The translations under genes and the position numbers were made by a program. A stretch of 63,462 nt of DNA, counting the filler, from Reticulomyxa filosa (lineage: Eukaryota; Protista; Foraminifera): NCBI GenBank assembly GCA_000512085.1. It is 18 parts of 18 records of this genome, joined end to end, with 100 filler letters (N's around TTAATTAATTAA, not from the genome) between each part and the next. Parts side by side here need not be neighbours in the genome. Positions count along the whole stretch, not along the records: positions 1 to 5,923 come from ASPP01001902.1; positions 6,024 to 10,273 come from ASPP01040552.1; positions 10,374 to 12,821 come from ASPP01023874.1; 15 more parts are not named here. One strand, written 5' to 3'. Numbering within the stretch: the stretch's first letter is position 1; every line of letters starts with the position of its first letter. Below, in pieces: positions 1 to 12,921 of this stretch. The notes below the pieces were generated by a model. It did no database searches. It was not told where the DNA came from and saw only the letters and a list, made by a program, of their open reading frames with translations.

Positions 1-43
1 AGGTGGCATTTTAGGTGTTCAGTTTTTTTTGCAGCCTACTGTA
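1..43 (-). mobile_element. Tc1/mariner-like terminal inverted repeat at contig start
   Basis: Reverse complement TACAGTAGGCTGCAAAAAAAACTGAACACCTAAAATG: TA then CAGT, as at Tc1/mariner ends; aligns with 5885-5923, 43306-43346 and 51005-51041. Confidence 0.65.
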
Positions 44-689
44 TAACACATTTTATATTATGCTGTTTGATGATATTTTGAAAGAAAAAATTGAAAGAAG
101 ATTACGAATAATTAAAAAAGAAAAAAAAAGTATTGAAGATGAATTATTCGATCAAGTATTCTGTTAACTTGGCTCAAATTATGCTTCAATGAGTTTGATT
201 TGAAGAAAAAAAATTTAAAGACTTAACAACAATCCAAATCTTAGATTGACAAATTGAAGTGGAAATTAAAACGAACTTTTAAAAAAAAATTGATAAATCA
301 AAAAATTTCATTCATATATGCTCATCTGTTGATGTTTCATTGCTAAGAGTTGTCATTTTGTTTTTTTGAGATAGTTTTTGATGATGTAAAATGGAAGATA
401 TTGAACTTTTTTCCTCTCAAAGGGTTTTTAAAAATATTTTTTGGATTATGAGAAACGGATTTTAACAGTACATCATAAGGTTTTTTTTCAAAAAATTTTC
501 AGAAAACAGTTGTTCAACTTTTTTTGTAGTTTTAAAGAATGTTAAAATAAAAAGTGTAACTGAACACAACTTTTATAAACTTTAAATGTGTTTGTTCCTT
601 GTTTTTAAATTGATTATTGCTTTGCCAAGCTTCAAGGGTAAAAATTTTAATATATAAATTTACAAATGCATTAAAATTGTTTTAATTTA

Positions 690-1640
690 ATATCAGAATA
701 TTTACAAACTTAATGCAATTTTGTTTTTACGTTTTTCTGTCCTTTTCGACAAATGGCAAAGCATTGTTTACAATATTTAGTGCTGCACGTTCAAAAGCTG
801 TTCGATTTCAGAAATATACATAATAAATTGATGTTGTTTACAATCATGCAGCTATAAGGTATTTTGTTAGAATCAAATGAAATCTCACCAAATTTAAGAT
901 TGATCGATACATTGATCTTTGCTTTATTTGCTAAACATTCTTCGTTTTTACAATAACCTTGCAAATTTATTCCTGTTAATTATCCCAACTTCCACTTTTT
1001 TTTCTTTTTCTAATTATTGGTAAAAATATGTTTCATTTGACTTTTTTGAGCACCACGTAGTTCTTCTTTCATTGTTTTTCGTTATTACTATTATGCATCT
1101 TTGATTTTTTTTTTAATCAAGTATATGTATGTGTATTTTTTTATGTAGTTAAAAAAAAATGCTTGTGATAACTATTTTAAATGTATAGTATTGCGCTTGT
1201 TTGTTTTGAATAAGTTCATTCTAAACATCAATGAAATCGCTATTATCATCAATTTGATCATAGATGCTTTCTTTTTTTACAAAAAGAAAGGATAGCACAT
1301 TGTCAACTTCAATCCATCTTTGGTTGCTTGTTGTAAGCGTTTCCAATTTTCTTCTTTGGAAATCTCATCTACTATTTTCCCATCGTTACTCAAACCATTA
1401 GGCTTGAACGTTACTGGTTCATTGTCAGATAGTTCAATAAATACGTCTTTTCCTTTTTTTAAGACTAAATCCGGTTTTTTAAAAAAATAGAAAATTAACA
1501 GACCATTTTGGATTTCTTTTTTTTTGCTATGCTTTTTTTTTCTTATTGGCAAATGTGTATCTTTACTTACAACAACAAAAATGCGGATAAGTAAAAACTT
1601 TTTTTGTTTGGCGTTTGTACCCCTTCTCTGTGACAAGACC
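690..1640 (-). pseudogene. Degraded gene of a protist family carrying a GINLxGYCxNxxC cysteine motif
   Basis: Manual translation of about 993-840: WKLG*LTGINLQGYCKNEECLANKAKINVSINLKFGEISF, with stop and frameshifts. Upstream ORF 1277-1636 is probably an earlier exon. Boundaries approximate. Confidence 0.35.
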
Positions 1641-2228
1641 TTTTTTAAAAAAAGTTGGTGATAATTGAAACAAAAATAAAATTTTATTTTGTTTACAATT
1701 GAAACGATTTGTTACAAGGGCAAAAAAAAAGGTTCTTTGTTGTTTTTCTCACTTTTCTTGCTTTCTTAAAACATTGGGCGGAGAAAATTTGCGATTTCTC
1801 ATTTTGTGAGCAAGTTTATTTTATTTACAAATATACAAAACATTACATCAAGGATGTAAAGAGAATTTTACTTGATACTTATAAATTCATATTGAAATTA
1901 ATATCATTTATCACTTATTATTATATTCACTGATATAATTCTTATTGTTTAATCATTATTGCGTTGCAAAGGACATACAACAATGATAATAGTAATACAG
2001 AAGATTATAACGCTTTGATTGTTTGTCATTTAGTGGTCTTTACAAATTTAATTGATTTAAAACAAAGCAAAAGTTGTTGTAAACGTTATGGAAATATCTC
2101 AACTTAGCCAATGTATGGTTCACAAGCACGAAATCAAAGCCATATTTTAAAAGACGTTATTTGTGGATATTTTAATCATTCATCTTTATGGAAAAATTAA
2201 TTATCATTTTATATAAAAATTTATTTTT

Positions 2229-3497
2229 TCAACTGTATTTTATAATAATTTTGTCAAAGTCATCGATCCATCCAAATATTATTTCTGAAGTTCGAATCCA
2301 ATATTGAATAATAAACTTTATATCCTTTTTTGACTGTTCATTATTTATTATTTGTCAATCAGTTTTATGCAATAAAATTCATTTATATTCATCAAAATAA
2401 AGAAATAAACAGATCATTACCAACAGTGAGATATCCCATAAAAACACTTTAGTCTTCATATGAGTTGATACTATTGTCTTTTTATTAGCGCTTCCTCCAA
2501 TAATGTGTATACGACTGTCTTCTTCACTCAATATTGCAACACAATTATACAATGGATTCGGTAAAGTGTCTCGAAATGTCATCCATTTGTTTTCTCGAAT
2601 TGAATATTTGTGTACTAATTTTAAGATAACAGCATTAGCATAACTATCATTCCATCCACCAAAAAAAAAGATGACATCATTGATACACACATATGCATAA
2701 TGTTTGAATGATGCAATATCCTTACAAACAAGTAGTTGATGAAATTTAAAAGTGTTCCTATCTTCGTCATATTCAATTGATAATCCTGTTTTGACACAAA
2801 ACAATAGCATTTGATAACTTTGTTTATTTTTTTCTTCATTTGTTTTCATTATTTCTTGTACTTGTCTATTCTCTGAATTTGATACAAAGCAATGAAATTC
2901 AATATAATCATTAGTTAGTAAAGTATCATGTTTAATAAATTGGAATGTATTTAAATCAAACACACTAATATTATTAATAGGATAAGTGATAAATAACAAA
3001 TTATTGTTTCTCCCACCAATCACTGCACGCGCTCCAACATAATCGTGATCTTGATCACTTCCAATGATAATTGGATGATTGCGATTGTCTGTAAAAGGAA
3101 CCCATTGATTGTGATTGTTTGATTTATTATCCCAAACACTTACATATTTCATCACCAATGTATGATTTTTTCCATCCCAACCAGATCCAAAAGACAGCAA
3201 AGTGATTTGATTGCTGTCTTTGTTGTTGTCTATCAGTTTCACTACACAGTGTCCACTTAATTTGACATCACTTGGATACTCACAAATAAACTTGTATTCG
3301 TTTTTGAGTGTATGATAAGAATAACAAGCTCTTTCATACGAACCTCCACAAATGATGAGTTCGTTTTTGTGTGGCACACATTGAGACTGCGTAAGTGGAG
3401 TGGGCAGCTCCTTCAAAGTTTGAAAGATAGTGTTAAGAGGTTGACTTTGCTTGGTTTGTCTTTCATGAGGTTTTTGTATTGTAGTTCGATTGCCCAT
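2229..3497 (-). CDS. Kelch-like beta-propeller protein, intact, 2 exons (3497-2421, 2333-2229), 393 aa
   Basis: Kelch-type motifs ELIICGG..CYSY, FFFGG..VHKYSIRENKW, IHIIGG; phase-0 GT-AG intron 2420-2334; last exon SKKDIKFIIQYWIRTSEINIGWIDDFDKIIIKYS*. Confidence 0.85.
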
Positions 3498-3787
3498 GTT
3501 GTTAATGTTGCTGAAGTTTTTTAAGTTTAACTTTTTTTAAAAAAGGGTGTGGTATAATCCTTTTGGAAAAACGACAAGAATGAGAATAAACAAAATTAAT
3601 AAAAATTATGTTTGAAATATTGCTATTAGTAATCATAAAGAAAAAAATTTTAGCGTATTTCAAGACAACATAATTTTATTTTCCTAGTCAAATCATATAC
3701 TTTTTTTACTTTTAAAAAGAATGACTTTTTTCATGTGCTTTCCCTTAAAAAATCTAAACCACTTCACAGTTCATCAACATTAACAAC

Positions 3788-5002
3788 ATGAACGATCAAG
3801 TCTTTCAAACTTTGAAAAATTTGCCCAATCCACTTGATCAATCTCAATGTGTGTTACACAAATACGAACTCCTCATTTGTGGAGGTTACGAACAAAGGGA
3901 ATGTTATTCTTATCATACACTCAAAAACGAATACAAGTTTATCTGTGAGTATCCAAGTGATGTTATATTAATGGGACACTGCGTAGTGAAACTGGCAGAT
4001 AACAACAAAAACAGCAATCAACTCAGTTTGTTGTCTTTTGGTGGATATAAAGCTTCAAGGCATACATTGGTGATGAAATATGTAAGTGTTTGGGGTAATA
4101 TATCAAACAAATTAGATAAATTAAACAATTACAATCAATGGGTTCCTTTCACAGATAATCACAATCATCCAATTATCATTGGAAGAGAGTCTGATAATCA
4201 TTGTGGAGTGCGTGCAGTGATTGGTGGAAGCAGCAATCATTTATTATTTATCACTTATTATCGTGCTAAAATTAGTTTGTTTGATTTAAATACATTTCAA
4301 TTTATTAAACATGATAAATTACCAACTGATAATGATATATGGTATCATTGCTTTGTACCAAAGTTAGAAAATGGACAAGGACAAGAAATGATGAAAACAA
4401 ATAAACAAAACAATCAAATGTTGTTGTTTTGCAAACATACAGGATTATCAATTGAATATGATGAAGATAACAACACTTTTCAATTTTATCAACTACCTGT
4501 TTGCGATGACATTGCACCATTCTATGCATATGCATATGTGTGTATCAATGATATTATCATATTCTTTGGTGGTAATGGCTGGATTGGTAGCGTTTTTTCA
4601 AAATCAGTGCACAAGTATTCAATTCGAGAAAAAAATGGACGACATTTGAAAACACCTTATCCAGCCCATTATTTGATTGTATTGCAATATTGAGTGAAGA
4701 GGACAATCATATACACATCATTGGAGGAAGAGATGATAAAGATACAACAGTATCAACTCATATAAAGACTAAAGTGCACATATGGGATGCTTCACTGTTG
4801 GTAATCATTTGTTTATTAACTATTTTTGATGAAACACAAATCTATTTTATTTTATAAAACTGATTGACAAATAATAAATAATAAATATGAACAGTCAATA
4901 AATGAAATAAAATGTATTATTCAATATTGGATTCTAACTTTAAAGATAAAATTAGGATGGATTGATGATTTTGATAAAATTGTTATGAAATACATTAGAT
5001 GA
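3788..5002 (+). pseudogene. Kelch-like beta-propeller paralog with a 1-nt frameshift near 4630 (pseudogene or homopolymer sequencing error)
   Basis: Highly similar to 2229-3497. GAGAAAAAAATGG replaces the paralog's GAGAAAACAAATGG; homology resumes in the shifted frame (HIHIIGG..VSTHIKTKV); intron 4801-4894; last exon SINEIKCIIQYWILTLKIKLGWIDDFDKIVMKYIR*. Confidence 0.75.
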
Positions 5003-5189
5003 AATAAATTTTGAAGAAGCACAGTTAAATATCTGTTAACAATACTATCCTTAAGTTTGTGAAAAGTTTCTGAAAAAGATATTGAGTAAAAATAAAAATT
5101 GTGTAAATAAGTTTGATTAAATAAAAACTATTTAACGATTACTTACAAATTATTTTGAATAAAAATCTTACTTAAATAATTATCAATTC

Positions 5190-5500
5190 TAAAAAGCCAA
5201 AAAAGAAATTGGATATCAAGGCAATTAGCACATGGATGTGGCTTATGGATAAAGGAGATAGTATATTCAGAATATACGAATATATTTTTGCAAAATAACA
5301 TTAACGGTGATGCGCTATTAGACCTTAGTAAGGACGACTACAATAACCTGGCATAACAAGTCTCGGTCATCACAAAGCGTTAAAAAGATACATTCAACAG
5401 TTACACGAAAACATTGCCTCTATTTTAATGCAAATTCTTCGACCATCAATCCAATCCAGTGTCCATTTCGGACATGACCAATGTACATCCCAATCTAAGT
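5190..5500 (+). pseudogene. SAM (sterile alpha motif) domain remnant
   Basis: Manual translation from 5246: WIKEIVYSEYTNIFLQNNINGDALLDLSKDDYNNL-(frameshift)-GITSLGHHKALKRYIQQL, matching the SAM consensus (Y..F..N.IDG.ALL.L...DL..LGI..LGH). Confidence 0.7.
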
Positions 5501-5884
5501 AGTAGCATCACTCACGAAGTGGCCGATTCTATAACTCTCCCGACATTGGGATATTCGCCTTTACAAAATTTTCAATTTCAGTAACAAAGCAGTGTCCATG
5601 ATCGCTGGCAAGAGTATCAATGACTTGAAAGATAAAATGGCTAAGCCATTCAAAGTCATAATTGCTAATTTTCATATCGAAGACACACGTCCACGCTATC
5701 GTCGGACCACAAAGTCCGATTCAATACCGCAAATAACAATCTGTCTTTGCCGACCAAGTCGAGTGATCGATCACGTGGGGCCTCATCTTTAGTTTTATCC
5801 GACAACACTGTTTCGAAAACCTGCGCTCAACTATTTTTTTTCATTTCTTTGTGAAACAATGACATATATACATATATATGTATA

Positions 5885-5923
5885 TACAGTAGATTGCAAA
5901 AAAAACTGCCATACCTAAATGGC
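5885..5923 (+). mobile_element. Tc1/mariner-like terminal inverted repeat at contig end
   Basis: TACAGTAGATTGCAAAAAAAAACTGCCATACCTAAATGGC runs into the linker, follows a TA-rich tract, and resembles the reverse complement of 1-43. Confidence 0.65.
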
Positions 5924-6023
5924 NNNNNNNNNNNNNNNNNNNNNNNNNNNNNNNNNNNNNNNNNNNNTTAATTAATTAANNNNNNNNNNNNNNNNNNNNN
6001 NNNNNNNNNNNNNNNNNNNNNNN
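5924..6023. other. Artificial contig linker (first of 17)
   Basis: 44 N + TTAATTAATTAA (stops in all six frames) + 44 N. Others start at 10274, 12822, 17447, 21303, 22632, 24789, 26736, 31181, 34994, 38572, 43206, 48643, 50905, 53997, 60170, 61296. Confidence 0.98.
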
Positions 6024-8361
6024 TGAATTGACTTGTATTATTCCTTGTTTGAAATAATATCTATTTGCTTCCCAAAATATGACGCTTTGGAGGCAACGTA
6101 CAATTATCGAGGATGTATTCGTTTGATTGGATGTGACCTTCGTAATACGTTCTCGAGGTGCTGGTAAATTTGACATCGCCTGCTTGATTGCACGAACACG
6201 ACCAATGTCCAATGATAGATAAAGCCAAACCATTACACAACGTCATATAGTTGGTCGTCGAATTGAAGATGACTCCAGAGTTATGATCATCCAGTGTTCA
6301 TACACTTACATCACACTTGTACGAACTGCAAATTTGTGCCAGCGTTGGTGTCGGCAAAAAAGCGGGGTGAAATGGAGCAGACGCTGAATTAAGTGCAAGG
6401 TGCCGTTATTGATTGACTATGTTCACCAAATCTCGCGCATTGCGCACTTTTTTTCCAACAATCAATTTGGATCATCTTCAGTATCCGATCCATACTTGAT
6501 ACTCACATTTCAACGAAGGTAAATTATCGCGTGCTCCCAAATTAAAATAGGAAACTGTTGTAATCAATTTCTTCAGCGATACGTGATTCAACTACGCGAA
6601 AGAACTGTAGCGAATTCAAAACTTTGCCGACTTACTTGGCTGTTTAGTATCGTTCGATGTCTACAATTAAATGATACACTTATTAAATTTCCACAACGAA
6701 TAACACGACCTGGAGACTGCCACAATTGATATAGTGCGACGCCACATACAATACACTACAACTTCAGTAATTATAATGGATATACAAATTCAATTCACAA
6801 TTCTTTCGTCTTGTTCCTAGTTGAATCTCTTCAATGTCAATCTATCTTGTAACAGGGGACTCTTGTCACTGCGTCACCACTTATAAGACCACACTCTTGT
6901 CTTTCACTATCAATGCAATTAATCAATCTGTACACCAAAAAACACAACACTTCAAGACGGCTTCGTAACAAATTATGATTGCTCAACAACTGTGGTGTGA
7001 ATGTGTGGAGATATCGTAGGATGCCTTGTTGTGAATATATATAGAAAGGTACCGTTTGCTATAGTGTTTGCATCAGAGTTGAGACTATCATTGGGAAACT
7101 TGATGAATAAGATATTGATAAGATTTTGTTGAGTGATTAAATTGGTTTGTGCGGGAGGTATGTCGCAACGATATCCAGGACATTTCACATTGTAATAAAG
7201 TTTGCATGCTGTGTTATAATGGCACAAGAGAAATAATAATTGTTTGATCCCAACTTATTTATTGAATCTCAATGGCAGGCACGTACACGTCGACAGTGTC
7301 AGTTATAACAATACGATGAAGCACAATAGATGGAAATTGGATTTGGAAAATTTCATACAACTGGATAAATGCACCGTTTCGTCTTTGACGATATTAGTAG
7401 AAATCTGCATCTCGAAACAATTCTTTGATTGCGTAATCTTGTTTTTCCTTGCAGTCTATATTTAAAAAATCAAAGCATATTTTAATGCTGCAAAAAAAAA
7501 AATAAGAAAACATAATGGATATGTAAACTGAGAATAAGGTGGAATGTGCGATCATTTTTTACTGGAACTTGTTCGCTGCCAACTATATTTTTTTTTTAGT
7601 CAAGTCAAATATGTATGCATATAAAATATATTTATTGTACTTAACTAATAACTTTGCTATCCTCTGTGATAGAATGATTTTGGGAGTCAATGCTCCAATA
7701 TTAAAAATAAAAAATTTATCTTTCGTTTTTTTTTCTCCTTTTTTATCACATTTTTCTCTTTTTTTTTCTTTCTCATAATTCTTTTTTCTTTTTTTTATTC
7801 ATCTTTTTATTTATTTTTTCCCCGTTGTTATCATTATTATTATTATTTAATTATTTTTTTTTCTAATTTCTATTTTCACCCTTTTTCAAAATATATTTTT
7901 TCACCCTTTTTTCAATTATCTATTTTTCCCACATTCCCCTTTTTTCAATTATACATTTTTTCCACCCTTTTTTTCCTATAATTTTTTTCTCCTTTTTTTA
8001 TAATTATTCCATATGTTTTTCCCACCCACCACTTCTTTCTAAAATTTCTTTTTTTCAAAAATAATTTGGATCATGGGACATCTATTCAAACAAACAAACA
8101 AAATTATTTTTATATTTTTAGATAACAAAAAAAAATAGTTAACTGTTGAAGTGAAGTTTTGATTCAATTTCAAACTTTTCTTACTATGATTAAACAATCA
8201 ACTTTTTTTTGTTTTTTATATGGAGGATGGGGACAAAAAGAATATAAAATATATATTTTTCTTTGTGAGGGGGAATTCCTATTTATGACATACACACACA
8301 ATTACATTATTTTAACAAAAGAAAGATTATACATATATATAATATAACAAACCATTATTCT

Positions 8362-9170
8362 TCATTTTGCACACCGGACGGCTTTCGACCCCAATTTGTG
8401 TGTGTTGGGTAAATACTGGTAACTTGTTTCAGGCGGGGGACTCCTGTACACAAACACATAACACATGAACATATTTATATATATATAAAGATAGAACAAA
8501 CATTTTATACTCCTTTCGGAGACGGGGTTGGCTTCTACCCCGTATTCTCTTGTTGTTGGCGTCGTTGTCATTGTCGTTGGTACTTCTTGTTGACTATATT
8601 TTTTTAAATAATGTGTATCAAATAGACAATATCAAAGTTATACGTTGTTTTTGTAATTTTACGTAAAAAAAAAGTGTGTAAATATATACGTATGTTAGTC
8701 AAATTATTGACATATATTAATTGGTCGTGTCCTAGTTGAACGTGCTTAACTGTTGACTGTTGTCGCGGGCACTGTCATCATTGCAGGTCGGCCATATATC
8801 ATTTTTTATTTACGAGCCATTGTTGGAGGCTATTTGGTTCAATGCATTGAATTCCCGCTAGTCAAATTAGAAAATGGTATCATAATGCCAGCCAACAACT
8901 CACTTCAACAATTTATTGTGAATTCTTCCACTGGACGAACAATCACCTGGAGCATTAGTGTGCATGGATATATAATATCGCATTCACACCTGGCTCAGTA
9001 TAAGCCAACATGCTTCCAGGACCATTGAAATCGTCCAAGTAATAATTCACAATACCAACAACGCCAACAATCCAATCACTAGTGCGCGCATTGTCTTGGT
9101 TGTATGTGTCATCGTTGTGGGCTTTGCCAAGTGTCCAAGCACAACGTTTTGCACAGGCCATGTCATTGTC
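8362..9170 (-). pseudogene. Decayed multi-exon gene, possibly a secreted Cys/Thr-rich protein
   Basis: Coding-like fragments (MACAKRCAWTLG..., CECDIIYPCTNAPGDCSSSG, MTTTPTTRE) separated by intron-like AT tracts, with in-frame stops and frameshifts; no family recognised. Confidence 0.3.
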
Positions 9171-10373
9171 TGTTTATATTATATATATGTATGTATATAT
9201 AAATTAAAATGTGTCATTATTATTGTCAAAAATTTTGTTCATACTTCTATCAACACTTTTCTTGTTTATTTATTTTCTTCAGTGAAAGAAAGGTAAAGAG
9301 AAATTAACTGGAATTTGCATCAAGTAATATCACACTTATTATTTTTGCAAAGCATGTTATATGCGTACAATTTTGACTGGCAATATTTGTGATCGTGATT
9401 TGTATGATAATTGATTGATAGTTGGTGCTGCTGGTGTGAGAGTTGGTGTGAGAGTTGATGAGACAGTTGGAGCGATATTTGGTTTGACAGACGATGTGTT
9501 TGTATGTGTAATTTGATATAATATTGTCCATTTTTGTGGGAAGTGGCATTGTTGTGAATTTTGTAATGATAACGGCCGACTTTTAAACGAATGATATGCG
9601 CATCATTCGGGGACAAATATTGAAACGGCGTGATCATACGTCCAACGCCAGCGCTGAGAACTCCAACCTTGTCAAGAAAAGGAAAAAAGAGTTTTTGCAA
9701 CTGTCCAAAGCACAATTCAATATTAAAAAAGCTTGTAATTTGATTTCAATAATAATATTTTATGAAAATAACTTGTTTTTATCAAAATATTTTATCAAAA
9801 AACTTATTAATATTTTTTTTAAAACTCTAAATCTATGAACATTTGAACAAGATATTTACAATGAAAACTAACGTAATGTTGTTTCTCTTTGTCATCTGTG
9901 ACTTTCTAATTTCTTTTAGATTTTGGCTTATGATGTTCTTACAAAGAAACCACTGTACAAAAGCTCAATATTTTTTTTAATTGGAGTTTTTCCATTCGAA
10001 GGAATACAGAAAGGACAGCTTTCAAAAATGAGACAAAAGAAAGAAAGCCGAACACAAAGTCCACAGGTATAATGATTTGTGATTATCAAATGAAAAGAAG
10101 AAGATAACAGCATGTAGCCAAAGAGCAATGTCTTCACGTAAATTGTAACAGCCATTTCCTTAAGTTCATGCACCTGTCAATGTACTTTCTGTTCCATTCT
10201 TGAATAATGTCTGATTTTTTCAACCAGGCCTCTTTCATCGTAATAAGTTGACAGGCAACTTTTTTTTTTTCTGNNNNNNNNNNNNNNNNNNNNNNNNNNN
10301 NNNNNNNNNNNNNNNNNTTAATTAATTAANNNNNNNNNNNNNNNNNNNNNNNNNNNNNNNNNNNNNNNNNNNN

Positions 10374-10411
<38 letters not shown>

Positions 10412-11593
10412 TCTCAACTTTCAACTTTCTTATTTGAAATCCTTGTCCCATTCCTTTCAAATTTTTTTTAATTCTTTTTATATCTTCCATCTCTCTTTCA
10501 CCATCTTGTATTCTGCTTTCTGATACAATCCATTGTTTCTCTCTTTCAGTCTCCTCTTTCATGAATTCATGTACATGAATTTTTATGTGTTGAGAAATAG
10601 CATCGTGTTCGTCATTTCCTCCTCCAAGAATATGCACATATGTATTGTCTTCATTCAATATTCCAACACAACGACCTAATGAAATGGGCAAATGTTGTTG
10701 AAGTTCCATCCATTTATTTTCTTTGATAGAGTACTTGTGCATTGCTTTAGAATAACCAATATCAGTGCCTCCATGTCCACCAAAAAATAAAATAATATCA
10801 TTGGCACGTAAATATGCGTATTGATTAAATGGTCGAAGTGTTGAACAAATCCTTATGTTACGAAATCGAAATTTGTTATTGTGTTCATTATATTCAATTT
10901 CTAATCCAATATTCTTACAAAATAACAACATTTCGTTCTTTTTATTCTTCTGTGCTCTTTCTGAACCACTGTCCGTTTTGGACACAAAGCAATGATACCA
11001 TATCCATTCACCAATTGGTAAGGTATTGCGTGCGATATATTGATATGTCTTCAAATTGATCACATCAATATTCTTTGGAGGATAAGTAATAAACAATAGA
11101 TGATCTTTACTTCCACCAATGATTGCGCGTACACCATTGTAATCATTTTCGTCTTTGCCAATGCAAACTGGTCTGTTGTACTTATCAGTGAGAGGGATCC
11201 ATTGATAAAGGGATAACTTTTCTTCGTATATATCTTGGCCATCCCAAATACTAGAATAGTTCATTATCAATGTATGCTTTTTCTCATTTTGATACTGCCC
11301 GCCAAACGACAGTAAGGTCATAGTATTCGGATAGTCGTCATTCACAAATTTGACCAGGGCGTGTCCTACTAATTCAATATTATTTGGATAAGAACAAATA
11401 TATTTATACTCATTTTTCAGTGTGTGATAAGAATAACAGTTTCTTGTATGTGCACCCCCAAAATGAGGATTTCGTTTTTGTAAGCCACACACTGGCTAAG
11501 ATAAAGTGGGACTGGTAGAGAGGTCAAAGTTTCAAAAGCAGATGCTGTAATTGTAGTCGTAGTTTGTCGCGACTTGATGTGCGTGGGGTCCAT
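10374..11593 (-). pseudogene. Divergent kelch-like protein, frameshift near 11460, 3' end cut by contig edge
   Basis: ATG 11593 gives MDPTHIK...FETLTSLPVPLYLSQCVAYKNEILI; a 1-nt loss in ATTTTGGGGGT shifts into GGAHTRNCYSYHTLKNEYKYIC; the rest is kelch-like; poly-T intron begins near 10421. Could be a sequencing error. Confidence 0.75.
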
Positions 11594-12921
11594 TTTAATT
11601 TAATAAATGTGGCCAGTTGCGTTTTATTCAAAGACAATATTGAAGAGTTTATTATTATCGAGGTTTTGAAAGGCCAGTCTTAAAAAAGCTCCCTTGTTTT
11701 GACAAAAACTCGTCCATTCTAGTGGAAATAATGAAAGCAGGAAAGTATAAAAAGGTTGTTGACTAACTTAGGCTTTAAGATAAACCGTTTTTTTTAAACA
11801 ATAAAAATTATGTTCAAATTCCATTTTGCGTTATTTGATTCAGCTCTTGATCTCCACAAATTTTTCAACTTTACAAAAATGCATAAAAAAATTATTTACA
11901 GATTAAAGTTTTCCATCACACTGCTGCACTAGCAGCTTTAGTGGTACTGCCAACCCATTAATAATATTTTTCCAAATATTTTCGACAAGCCACAAGCCTG
12001 AACACCAGAGTGCCAAACACATTTCACAAAAAGACGTTTGGTATTGATATTCCACAATCAAATCGTTTTGTCCAATGAACATAATACAATTTTGGAACCA
12101 TCCTGGGATAAATATTTATTTTTGACAAAAAAAAAAGTATTTTGTAAGATAAAATATAAAAAAATTTAAACTTTTAAACTTTTAAACGAAAGAAAGAAAA
12201 GACACATGCCCGTGTTTACAAATAAAATAATTTGTGAAATTTTTACAATTGCAAATAGTGTGTTTCTTGATTTTTTTTTTTTTTACCAAGAAACAAAACT
12301 TTTGGAAGGACGTCATTTCAAATGTTGAGGTTTTTGATGAATTTGCAGAGATTTGCTTTTGTTTGTGAATAATTTTTTTATGTTAACTGATTACAAAAAT
12401 GTTCTGGAGTCATTGTTTGACAAACACACTCTTTTCTTTTTGTACTCTCATTTGAACATTGCAAACATAAGATCAACAAAAATGTTTGATTCCATTTTTT
12501 TTTTTTTTTTCAACAAATAAAGATTATGTGTTTAACCACTTAACACATTTTTATACTTTTGAAAAATAATTGTAGCAAAATGAAAAGAGTACTTTGTTGC
12601 GTAAAATTTAATCTCTAACAAAATTACATTTTCAATATTACATGAAAATCTCAAAAGAGAAATGAAATACATTTATTTTTGAAAGATTTGAAAACAACAC
12701 CAAAATTCGGCATAGAAAAATTGACTTTTTGACGAACTTTTCCTTTTTTTTTTTTTTTTTTTAAAAAAAAAGTATTTAATTCGTTTCCACCCAACTTTCT
12801 TTGCATGTGTTTGTTTGCTTGNNNNNNNNNNNNNNNNNNNNNNNNNNNNNNNNNNNNNNNNNNNNTTAATTAATTAANNNNNNNNNNNNNNNNNNNNNNN
12901 NNNNNNNNNNNNNNNNNNNNN

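Noticed and set aside
1-5923. The whole first contig being one transposon carrying kelch genes
   Set aside because: The TIRs face outward (TA on the inner side), so the contig lies between two elements rather than inside one.
7700-8060. Pyrimidine-rich degenerate T/C tract as a telomeric or satellite repeat
   Set aside because: No stable period; low-complexity or low-quality sequence.
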